Below are positions 54,814 to 64,000 of a stretch of DNA of 64,000 bases, in pieces (position 1 is the stretch's first letter; every line of letters starts with the position of its first letter). The stretch lies in NCBI GenBank assembly GCA_045159875.1, contig CP067995.1:416001-480000 (forward strand), read 5' to 3'. This DNA is from a cyanobacterium endosymbiont of Rhopalodia gibba (GTDB taxonomy: Bacteria; Cyanobacteriota; Cyanobacteriia; Cyanobacteriales; Microcystaceae). The position numbers and the translations under genes were made by a program. Under the pieces are notes generated by a model. It searched no databases. It saw nothing but the letters and a program-made list of their open reading frames with translations, and was not told where the DNA came from.

Positions 54814-55527
54814 ATGTGGATTCGTCAACCTAGCAATATTATTAGTAAAGTTATCTCTCCTGCAGTCCAATTATGGCTGCGTTCTCAACTAGACCACGTA
54901 GATAGCCTACAAATGAAGATTCAAGGAAGTGATTCCCAGATTTGGGGAGGGTATATTCCAGAAATTCTTTTTAATACGAAGGGTGTGATTTATCAAGGAT
55001 TACATTTAGGACAAGCAGATGTTACAGGTAAAAATATTCGCATCAATATTGGACAAATGATTAAAAGAAAACCTTTGCAATTACTCGAGCCGCTCCAAAT
55101 TTTGGGGGAAGTTAAATTAACTGAAAACGATTTACAAGCATCTTTAACTTCTTCTTTATTGGGTGATGCTTTTCAAGAATTATTGATCGCTTTACTAGAA
55201 TATCAAGGAGTTAATGATCCTCGACAGATTTTAGACCATTATGAAATTACCTGGCAGGGGGTAACCTTAAGTCAGTTAAGTTTTGCGTTACAAGGGTTAG
55301 TCGCTAAAAATGAAGTATCTAGACAGATTATTATTGAGGGACAATTAGAATTAATTTCCTCGCAAAGTTTACGATTAATCCTCCTTAAGATAGAAGGACT
55401 ATCGGAATTAACTGATAATTCTTTAGATAAATTAGAATTAGATTTAGGTCCAGATGTGATAATTGAGTCTTTAAGTTTAGAAGATAATCAGTTATGTTGT
55501 CGAGCACAATTCTTAATTCACCCTTAA
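54814..55527 (+). CDS. DUF2993 / LmeA-family protein
   Basis: SPAVQLWLRSQ, YQGLHL, IRINIGQ..KPLQLLEP, DLQASL, LDLGPDV.IESL motifs. Confidence 0.75.
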   Translation: MWIRQPSNIISKVISPAVQLWLRSQLDHVDSLQMKIQGSDSQIWGGYIPEILFNTKGVIYQGLHLGQADVTGKNIRINIGQMIKRKPLQLLEPLQILGEVKLTENDLQASLTSSLLGDAFQELLIALLEYQGVNDPRQILDHYEITWQGVTLSQLSFALQGLVAKNEVSRQIIIEGQLELISSQSLRLILLKIEGLSELTDNSLDKLELDLGPDVIIESLSLEDNQLCCRAQFLIHP

Positions 55528-55959
55528 TAATCAACAAGTATTTTTATTCTTAAACGTCGTATTGATTGTAATTATTTAGTTTGTTATCTGTTATATTTTT
55601 ATGTAGAACAAGCAGAATAAAATTTCATGAAGATTTTAAGGAATTTTTTGTATGTTTATCCTTATTGAATTTATTTGATTATCAACTTGTTCTTAATGAA
55701 ATAAAAAAAAAATACTTTTTATTGCATAAAAAAATGCATTAATTTATATCGATTAGATTATTGCTCATTAATTAATAATTGTTGATAAGATAAAGAAGCT
55801 TGGAGCTATTATTTTTGAATAAATTATTTTAATAACTCACAAAGTTTATATCGATTAAAAACAAGATAATTAATATTATCGCTACAATTAAAATCGTTTG
55901 GAAAAGAGGTTTTTGTAAACATAACTGATACTATCAATAACTTCATATAGGTTAGAAAG

Positions 55960-56500
55960 TATTTGCAGATTAGCAGATTAAATTAAATCTTTATACAAAG
56001 TATAATCGACTGGATGGAAGATAAAAGAAAACAGTAAACTGATGCAGCCAAATATGAAGATTGTGGATGTTAAAAATTTTCTAGGTAAAGCAGTCTTCAT
56101 TTGCCAAGCATTTCTATTGCAATCTCTAAATCTGTTCTTGTAAAAAGACCAGAGTGATCGCCATCAATACCGAACTAGCTTAAACCAGACATATTCGTAA
56201 AAATTTCAGATTGAGTAAACTCGTAAGATTTGCCGATAAACTTTGTTAATTCAGGGCTTTCTAAAAATTTTGCTCATCTGTTTAATATCTATTGTTTCAT
56301 TAATATCAACAAGAACAACAGTTTCATTAAATCTATAAATGAAACGTGCCGAGAATAGAACTTTTCCCTATATCAATTCCAACGAAATTTCCTAATACAC
56401 TCATCCTGGCTTGGACGGAAAGAAATCCAAAGCGGCTCGTGCTTCTCCAATGAAAAAGTTGAAGGCTTTTTCAAAACCATATTAATAATAATCAAACTCT
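55960..56500 (-). pseudogene. Class I SAM-dependent methyltransferase relic (Methyltransf_24-like)
   Basis: Fragments GEARAALDFF, GNFVGIDIGKSSIL, VVLVDINE, FGIDGDHSG...DLEIA..MLG...YLENF*HPQ; many stops. Boundaries approximate. Confidence 0.6.
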
Positions 56501-56526
56501 TCCCCCATTTTATATTCCTAAAACTC

Positions 56527-56832
56527 TTAAGTTGATTGTGAGGAGGTGATTGTTTTCCATCCGATTAACTTATTTCCCATCCGAAACAAGACTGTGTTAG
56601 CTAATCCTAATTCTTTAATCGCTTGAATAATCTCCCTTTCAGAGAAGGACAATTCGTTGAGAAAATCAGGACATTGACCACAATCTAGACATAGAACCGT
56701 CGATAACTCCCAAGATTCTCGAAAAATTCGGCATTGGGGAGGTAATAATCTAACAAGTTTACGAAATCGATTGATAGCTACTTTTTCTAATTCCGTACTT
56801 GTACAATTAAAAGATGGATGGGAATTGTTCAT
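56527..56832 (-). CDS. Hypothetical protein (101 aa)
   Basis: Intact ATG ORF (CRIFRESWELSTVLCLD...LGLANTVLFRMG). Confidence 0.7.
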   Translation of the reverse strand: MNNSHPSFNCTSTELEKVAINRFRKLVRLLPPQCRIFRESWELSTVLCLDCGQCPDFLNELSFSEREIIQAIKELGLANTVLFRMGNKLIGWKTITSSQST

Positions 56833-57621
56833 AAGTTCTCATAACATAGACGGAGCGAAGCTCGCAATTACCTTTCTCCTTCAGTACTGTCTATGACAAT
56901 GTCGGGGAAAATGATCTTAAAGGACCTCTCTATTAAAATTAGAGCTCCTCAACTTCGAGATAACCATTCATTAAACTAATTATTTGCTGAATTCATCTTT
57001 AAGGTAGCATTGATCTAAAATTGTGGTTGTTACTCTTGTGACGAAACTTTAAAATAAAAATGTTATAACTTCTATATACCGGGAGAAAAATCTTAATAAT
57101 TCAAAGTAAACCTCTAATAAAAAAATTCAGTCTCGATAAATACAAGCATTCTCGACTATGAGAGTTAAAATATAAATTTTTCTGCATTTTACTGAGATGT
57201 TGATAATTGATCATCGTAGTATTAATGGCCCCTTACTCAGAGAAAAATATGATCTAAAAGATTTATTCAGAGAAATTCAAGAAGATCTGAATCTTATAGG
57301 AGAAGTATTAAAGAATTTTATATAATAACGGAAGTTGTCGTTATTATATAACTTCTCGATATGAAAAATCCGAATTTATGAATTGAAATTGTTTTGATTA
57401 TAGAGAATTATATCCCCTTTGGAAGGGAACTGAATTCCATCACAGAGTCTTGAAACAATTATATGAATTATCTAGGTCTCAAGAAAAACAGCTGAAGTTT
57501 TTTTACTAATGTTTTCTATGAATGCGGAACTTCCGTACAAGTAACAACACTAAAGTGTTAAGAAGTGATAGCAATTTATGAACAATGACATTTAATTAAT
57601 CTATAAAACGCATATAACAAA

Positions 57622-57695
57622 TCGGGATGACTGGATTCGAACCAGCGGCCCCTTCGTCCCGAACGAAGTGCGCTACCAAGCTGCGCCACATCCCG
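57622..57695 (-). tRNA. tRNA-Pro (CGG)
   Basis: CGGGATGTGGCGCAGCTTGGTAGCGCACTTCGTTCGGGACGAAGGGGCCGCTGGTTCGAATCCAGTCATCCCGA; anticodon arm CTTCG-TT-CGG-GA-CGAAG; no encoded CCA. Confidence 0.97.
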
Positions 57696-57779
57696 TAGGC
57701 TATCGATTTCTCAACCTATACTACCATATTCTTTGGGATACACTGATATAGATAGTACTATCACAGGAGCAAATAGGAA

Positions 57780-58649
57780 GTGACGATTAAACCAAAATGG
57801 TTAAGAGTGAAAGCCCCTCAATGGCAACGAGTTGGCAATGTAAAGGAAATATTACGAGACCTGGAACTGAATACTGTTTGTGAAGAAGCATCTTGTCCTA
57901 ATATCGGGGAATGTTTCAACGCACTGACCGCCACCTTTTTGATTATGGGACCAGCTTGTACCCGTGCTTGCCCTTATTGTAACATTGACTTTGAGAAAAA
58001 ACCTGAAGCTTTAGATCCCCTTGAACCCTTAAAATTGGCTGAGGCGGTGAAACGTCTAAACCTTAATCATGTGGTAATAACCTCAGTTAACCGAGATGAT
58101 TTGCCCGATGGGGGTGCTTCTCAATTTGTACGTTGTGTCGAAGAAATCCGGAATATTTCTCCAAAGATAACTATTGAAGTACTTATCCCTGATCTATGTG
58201 GTGATTGGAAAAGTTTAGCCATCATTCTAAAAGCGCAACCGGAAGTGCTTAACCACAATACAGAAACTATTCCCCGTTTATATCGACGAGTTCGCCCCCA
58301 AGGGGATTATCAACGATCACTCCAACTTCTGCAACAGACTAAAAAATTGAACCCCCAAATTTATACGAAATCTGGCCTGATGGTAGGTTTCGGGGAAACC
58401 GATGAAGAAGTCCGTCAAGTTATGGTAGATTTACGCCAGGTTGACTGTGATATTCTCAGTCTTGGACAGTATTTACAACCTTCTCCCAAACATTTAGACA
58501 TTTACACCTTTATTAACCCAACTCAATTCGATGACTGGCGAAAATTTGGCGAATCTATCGGATTTTTGCAGGTAGTATCTTCTCCTTTAACCCGTAGTTC
58601 TTACCATGCAGAACAAGTCCGAGAGTTAATGAAACGATATCCCCGCTAA
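57780..58649 (+). CDS. lipA: Lipoyl synthase
   Basis: [39 protein letters not shown] motifs. Confidence 0.97.
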   Translation: MTIKPKWLRVKAPQWQRVGNVKEILRDLELNTVCEEASCPNIGECFNALTATFLIMGPACTRACPYCNIDFEKKPEALDPLEPLKLAEAVKRLNLNHVVITSVNRDDLPDGGASQFVRCVEEIRNISPKITIEVLIPDLCGDWKSLAIILKAQPEVLNHNTETIPRLYRRVRPQGDYQRSLQLLQQTKKLNPQIYTKSGLMVGFGETDEEVRQVMVDLRQVDCDILSLGQYLQPSPKHLDIYTFINPTQFDDWRKFGESIGFLQVVSSPLTRSSYHAEQVRELMKRYPR

Positions 58650-61330
58650 AGAGGAATTTATATCAAGTTTCTGCTAAAAGATTTAAATCCTCACTCTGAA
58701 TTTGCCATCCGTTTAAACTAACGCAGGTGATTAGCATTAGTAACACTAGAATAAATCCCCATGGCTTGTTATTTCTTTTTCGTTGTTAAGAATTTATATA
58801 AATTTGTTAAACTGACTAATCTAGTGATATTTTTTATGATAAAACATAGAATAATATTTAGGGATTTTTTTTGTAACTATAGACACAAGTTAGACAAACA
58901 AAAGAGTAAACTATGCGGTATTCTTAGTGTATGTATAAAGTTGAAAACCGATTGCCTTTTTAGACAAAAGAAATAAAGAGGTAATAGCAGGATATTTTTT
59001 TAGTTTAGGTTTAAAGTTATTAAGCAAAATAGAATAAGTTAGTATAGATTGTGGATATCCTATAAAAATATCATCAAAGAAATGCTTCCCAAGCATCAAA
59101 TGATAGCGGTCAGTTTTCATGGCATAAAACAGATTAAATAAAGGTCCACCCCAAAAAAATCTAAAAAGAGGGCAGCAAAAAAACTTAATAATAAAAGAAA
59201 AAGAGAAACCCTAGCCAGTCCAATTTATAGTAAATATTCTTTGCTCAAGAAAAAAGCTAAGATAGAGAAAATAAAAAGAAGGTATTTTTATTTTAGGAAA
59301 TAAAAAACATTTTTATAGCTACAATAACGAGTAATAAGGCTTTCGATAAACTTTGAAAATGAACATAAACTACTTATCAATATTGGCTAAAAAATTTTAA
59401 GAAAATAAGTGGATATATTAACAAATTTGTAGCTTATTTTTACAGTCATATATCCAAGTACTAATAGAAGTAATTAATCAAAAAATAAAATTTTTAAAAA
59501 AATAAGCTTATGGAAAAATCAACTTTGATAATTTTTGGCAAAAGAATTTTATCAAACTCAATCTATAAAAGCTAAATATATTTATATTCTCTTTTTAAGT
59601 AGAGTTTTTGCCAGTTATCTAGATCTTGTTGTTAAAGTTAAAGGACAAAATTATCTATTTATGCGTAGCAGGTGATATCTAATCAACTAGTTAAATGCTG
59701 ATTTTAAAACCTATAAATTTGTAACTTTATAGGTTTTCTTAATTCATAAACTCTCGTTTTAATCAGATTAAATTTATCGTTAATACCTTCTAATACCACT
59801 TAGTTTAAATAGGTATTTTTTTAGTTTAAAATCTAAAAAATACAACTTTTTAATTATAATTAATAAGTTTTTAAATCTAATAGGTGAATTTATTTTTTAC
59901 TTTTTAAGTATCAAGATAAGTGAAAAAATATTTTGTGTTTAATTCTGGTATTTTCATTATTTATAACTAGATTATTCAGCTATTAAGTTTCTTTTTTCGA
60001 TGTAATGTATTACAACGAATATTTCATTAGATATTAACTTAATTTTTTAGTAAAAATATTTACTCTAATACTAGATTTTTACATTATATTAATTAATATA
60101 GTTATTCTTAAGATAAATAATCTTATATATAATTTGCGAAAAAAATATTTTATTTTCACCTGTAGCTATTTTAATAGTTATTAAATTTTTTATTCTTGTA
60201 ATCTCTACCCTTATTGTTTTGCCTTAATCTACTGATGCTGTATGATATTTCTATTTTTTTTTAGTCACAGCAATTTTATCAAAAAAAAACTATTTTAAGT
60301 GCTGAAACTTTTTTATCTATAATTTTCAATCTAAATCTTTGATCATTGTTTCTATCTATTGTTCACTTACCCAACTTTTTAGGGCTAAATTTTAAATTCC
60401 ATTATTTACAATCTCTACAATAATTTTTGCTTTAAGTTTTTCAGTATATTTTCTTTTCTTTTAAGAAAGCTGACTCTTATGTAAAAGTGAAAACGTATCT
60501 CAAGATAGATCATCGTAAAATGATATATCTTGAGATAGACGGCTTTATCTGATCAATGCGAATATATAATAGTTAATTGATTATTTTAAAAAAGTTTCTT
60601 TGTGGTTAAACTGCAATAAATATAAATTACTGTCATGTCTATTTTTTCGCTCAATAAAACTATTCCTATTTCATTTAAAATCTGACAACTTGTAATGATA
60701 AGTCTTTTTAAATCTAGAATTTTATTAATTCAACCGAGTTCAGTATTTTACACTATAGGAATAAATTAAGTGAAAATATTGAACCTAGTACAATTTAATT
60801 TTAATAAAAATAATTAGAACATTTTCTATACAATCATTATTGTCTTTTATAAGGCGATGATTGAAAATCAAAATTTGTAGTTTTTACTTTTGCGGTTTAG
60901 TCTTAGTAAGACCGATTATCCTTAACTATTGATATTGGGGATAATATTAGTTTTCGTATGGTAGCTCGGTGTTAAATTAAACAAATTTTCTAAATATACT
61001 GTGTAATGTTAATGCTGTTAAGCATGCCAAAAAATTCAATAACTATGAAAGTGAAATATAGTATAGACTATATTGACTTTTACATTAATACAGACATTTC
61101 TTTTATAAAGAGAAGATATAAAAAAGCCATTTAACTCTTCTAATAAATTAGAAATTACTCGAGTCATCGTTATAAATGGACAAGTTTAGGATCAATCATT
61201 TCATATAATTTGGCTCAACTTCATGAAGGAGAGCTCATCCTTAATTTCGGAAATTGAAAAAGAAAGTTGCCTTACTATCTAGTTACCAATTAATCTAGAG
61301 AATAGAAAAGAGTTTAACGGTAAAAATATC

Positions 61331-62155
61331 ATGACGATAATTGAAGCAAAATTAAGACAAATTAAAACTATTTTTAGTCAGATGGAACGAGTATTAATTG
61401 CCTATTCTGGAGGTGTTGATAGTACTTTAGTTGCCAAGGTTGCTTATGATGTGTTAGGTGAACGCACATTGGCGATAACGGCAGTCTCTCCTTCTCTACT
61501 TCCTGAAGAGTTAGAAGATGCCAAAATCCAAGCAGCTGCCATTGGCATTGCCCATGAATTGGTAGAAACTCACGAAATGGATGATCCTAATTATACCACC
61601 AACCTCATTGACCGTTGCTATTTCTGTAAAAGTGAACTCCACAATACTTTGAAACCCCTAGCTTTACAGCGAGGATATCCCTACGTAGTCGACGGGATAA
61701 ATGCTGATGATCTTTACGATTATCGTCCTGGGATTCAAGCAGCTAAAGAACGAGAGGCACGATCACCTCTTGCGGAAGTAGGTATCACTAAAGCTGATGT
61801 TCGGCAATTATCCAAAGAATTAGGGCTTCCTTGGTGGAACAAGCCCGCTCAACCTTGCTTAAGTTCCCGCTTTCCCTATGGAGAAAAAATTACGGTTAGT
61901 AAACTGCAACGGGTTGGACGAGCAGAGATTTACTTACGTAAGTTAGGCTACAAAAATCTTCGGGTTCGTTCCCAAGGAGATACGGCTAAAATTGAATTAC
62001 CCCCAGATCAGATTAAAGAATTTGTTCTTACTACTAATTTATCTCAATTAGTTACTCAATTTCAAAACTATGGATTTATCTATGTTACCCTAGATTTAGA
62101 GGGTTATTGTAGTGGAAAATTAAATCAAGTTTTAACCGCAATGACACTTAAATAA
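61331..62155 (+). CDS. larE: ATP-dependent sacrificial sulfur transferase LarE family (PP-loop)
   Basis: AYSGGVDS, RCYFCK, DDLYDYRPG, KPAQPCLSSRFPYG, LRVRS, VTLDLEGY motifs. Confidence 0.9.
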   Translation: MTIIEAKLRQIKTIFSQMERVLIAYSGGVDSTLVAKVAYDVLGERTLAITAVSPSLLPEELEDAKIQAAAIGIAHELVETHEMDDPNYTTNLIDRCYFCKSELHNTLKPLALQRGYPYVVDGINADDLYDYRPGIQAAKEREARSPLAEVGITKADVRQLSKELGLPWWNKPAQPCLSSRFPYGEKITVSKLQRVGRAEIYLRKLGYKNLRVRSQGDTAKIELPPDQIKEFVLTTNLSQLVTQFQNYGFIYVTLDLEGYCSGKLNQVLTAMTLK

Positions 62156-62461
62156 AAATCTCCAGCTTTTTAAAAAAGTCGGTACGGTCACTTTTTAACT
62201 AGTTCCATATTTTGCTCATAACAAGAATTAGTCTCTTCTAAGCAAGGTCTAAAAATAAGTTATTTTTAGTCGAGGAAATATCCCGAAATAACTAATGCAA
62301 AAATGATAGTTTATAAGATTGTAGTATAAATTACTGTCTACTGAACAGTGTTAGAGTAGAGTGCACTTTCTGTTCTTGGATATACATTGTCTGATTCAGG
62401 CATTCGTCTGGGAATAGAATTACTATAAACTATTAATAATTCACTAACTCGGCCCTAACTC

Positions 62462-63340
62462 ATGACAAAACGGGCATTACTGCTAATTAATCGCCATGCT
62501 CGCAAAGGTCGAAACAGCTTTGCTCATGCAGTGGATGTCTTAAATAATCTAGGTTTTGAGTTAATCACTGTTCCGGTTAAAAGTCCTGAGTATATGCCCC
62601 AATTAGTGCGCCGTCACAGAGATAGTATAGATTTGGTAATTGTAGGGGGAGGAGATGGGACCTTAAATGCAATAGTGGACAGTTTAGTGGATATGAAACT
62701 GCCTTTGGGAATTCTACCGTTAGGAACTGCTAATGATCTAGCTCGCACCCTGAGAATTCCCCTGGCAGTTGAGCCGGCGTGTCGAGTTATTGCTCAAGGT
62801 CAACTTAAATATATTGATCTCGGTTGCGTCAATGGAAAACATTTTTTTAACGTAGCAAGTCTAGGGCTGAGTGTAGAGATAACTGGCAAGTTATCGAAAG
62901 GAGCGAAACGCCGTTGGGGCGTTTTGGCCTACGCCATAACCGCGTTACAAGTAATTGGACAAACTCGTCCTTTTAATGCTGAAATTGTGGTCAATGACAA
63001 ACCGGTCCGTGTTAAAACCATTCAGATTGCGGTGGGTAACGGGCGATTTTATGGAGGAGGAATGGCTATCGCCAAGGATGCAACTATCGATGATCAAAGA
63101 TTAGATCTCTATAGCCTGGAACTGAACTATTGGTGGCAAATATTTCCTCTGCTATGGCGACTTCCCCAAGGACAACATGGGGTATTACCGTGGGTACGAA
63201 CTATTGAAGGAGAAACAATGGAAATTTACACCCGTAAATCTCATTCCATTAATACCGATGGAGAAATCACTAGCAAAACTCCGGCTGCGTTTCGGGTGGT
63301 TCCGCACGCTTTAGGAGTCTTGGTTCCTTCATCAATTTAG
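62462..63340 (+). CDS. YegS/diacylglycerol-kinase family lipid kinase
   Basis: GGGDGT, LPLGTANDLAR, FFNVASLG, GNGRFYGGG, NTDGE motifs. Confidence 0.92.
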   Translation: MTKRALLLINRHARKGRNSFAHAVDVLNNLGFELITVPVKSPEYMPQLVRRHRDSIDLVIVGGGDGTLNAIVDSLVDMKLPLGILPLGTANDLARTLRIPLAVEPACRVIAQGQLKYIDLGCVNGKHFFNVASLGLSVEITGKLSKGAKRRWGVLAYAITALQVIGQTRPFNAEIVVNDKPVRVKTIQIAVGNGRFYGGGMAIAKDATIDDQRLDLYSLELNYWWQIFPLLWRLPQGQHGVLPWVRTIEGETMEIYTRKSHSINTDGEITSKTPAAFRVVPHALGVLVPSSI

Positions 63341-63352
63341 AGTTTTCTTTGA

Positions 63353-63390
63353 TAAAAACATTCAACAAATACTTGTCGAATGTTTTTGTT
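63353..63390 (+). terminator. Hairpin after the lipid kinase
   Basis: AAAAACATTCAACAA-ATAC-TTGTCGAATGTTTTT. Confidence 0.55.
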
Positions 63391-64000
63391 TACCAATAGT
63401 TTATGATAGCTTTATTTATACAGTTTTTTATCAGAGGATAGCTTGTTAATTAGAAAGACGAGATTTATCCCTGGTAAATTAATTAACATATGTAAGTTTT
63501 GCTGCTCGAGCGGGACATATCTAGAGTACTCGCAATCCTTATTTCCAAACTAGCAATCAAATTGTTGAAGAATTAGATTACTTCCTAGCTAAAGTTAGTA
63601 CAGATCCATTCGGATTTTAGTGCAAAATTAATTTGCTAGGTATGAACTCGAATATTATATCAATTTTTTTTACAATAAATTGTATATTTAATCCAAAAAT
63701 ATAGGCTATATGCGATAGAAAAACAAGATTACTCTCTCCTTAAAAAAGGGGCAGAATTATAACCATTAATTTTTTTTTGTTCGGTATATTAAACCTTTAA
63801 AAAATTTTATATATTACAAGTTATTCCCCATTGCAAAAAAGTATTTGCTGGTTTCATTAGCTATAATTGCTATAATTATTTTGCGTAACTTATGCCCTAG
63901 TCAGTAGCATTAATGTGCTGTTTTTTGTAAACCCACAAAGGATAAATTACAAGGATTAGCTTGACTGATTCTACTTCTATCGGAATAGAATCTGGTTTAC

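Noticed and set aside
57622..57695. tRNA as an integration site for a genomic island
   Set aside because: No integrase and no duplicated tRNA 3' end seen in the window.
58761..59120. Two short overlapping ORFs after lipA
   Set aside because: AT-rich with no motifs; at most an unidentifiable relic.

Overview
Chromosomal window from a Cyanothece/Crocosphaera-like cyanobacterium undergoing reductive evolution. It is most consistent with a non-photosynthetic, N2-fixing endosymbiont such as the spheroid body of rhopalodiacean diatoms; this is inferred from gene content, and no nif genes lie in the window. Intact housekeeping genes (cobN 5' part, cikA, rpmH-rnpA-yidC-jag, nth, rseP, hypE, a lytic transglycosylase, rpsA, nrdR, cobA, rpsO, aroF, birA, pgeF, petP, wzm/wzt, pheT, rimK, lipA, larE, tRNA-Pro) are separated by 1-3 kb extremely AT-rich deserts. 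Several pseudogenes, most of them absent from the ORF track, were recovered by manual translation: psbB, psbT, pam68 and chlG (photosystem II/chlorophyll), cbiX, pilT, a PH-domain gene, a RimK-associated Zn protease and a methyltransferase. The most unusual sequence-level signals are: (1) several mutually unrelated, loop-less perfect palindromes of 36-52 bp, plus a 20-bp one at a deletion junction inside the psbB relic; (2) a recent 3x73-bp tandem amplification that breaks a wzt-epimerase ATGA overlap; (3) position-specific erosion of HIP1. No CRISPR array, intact transposase, prophage or defence system was found.
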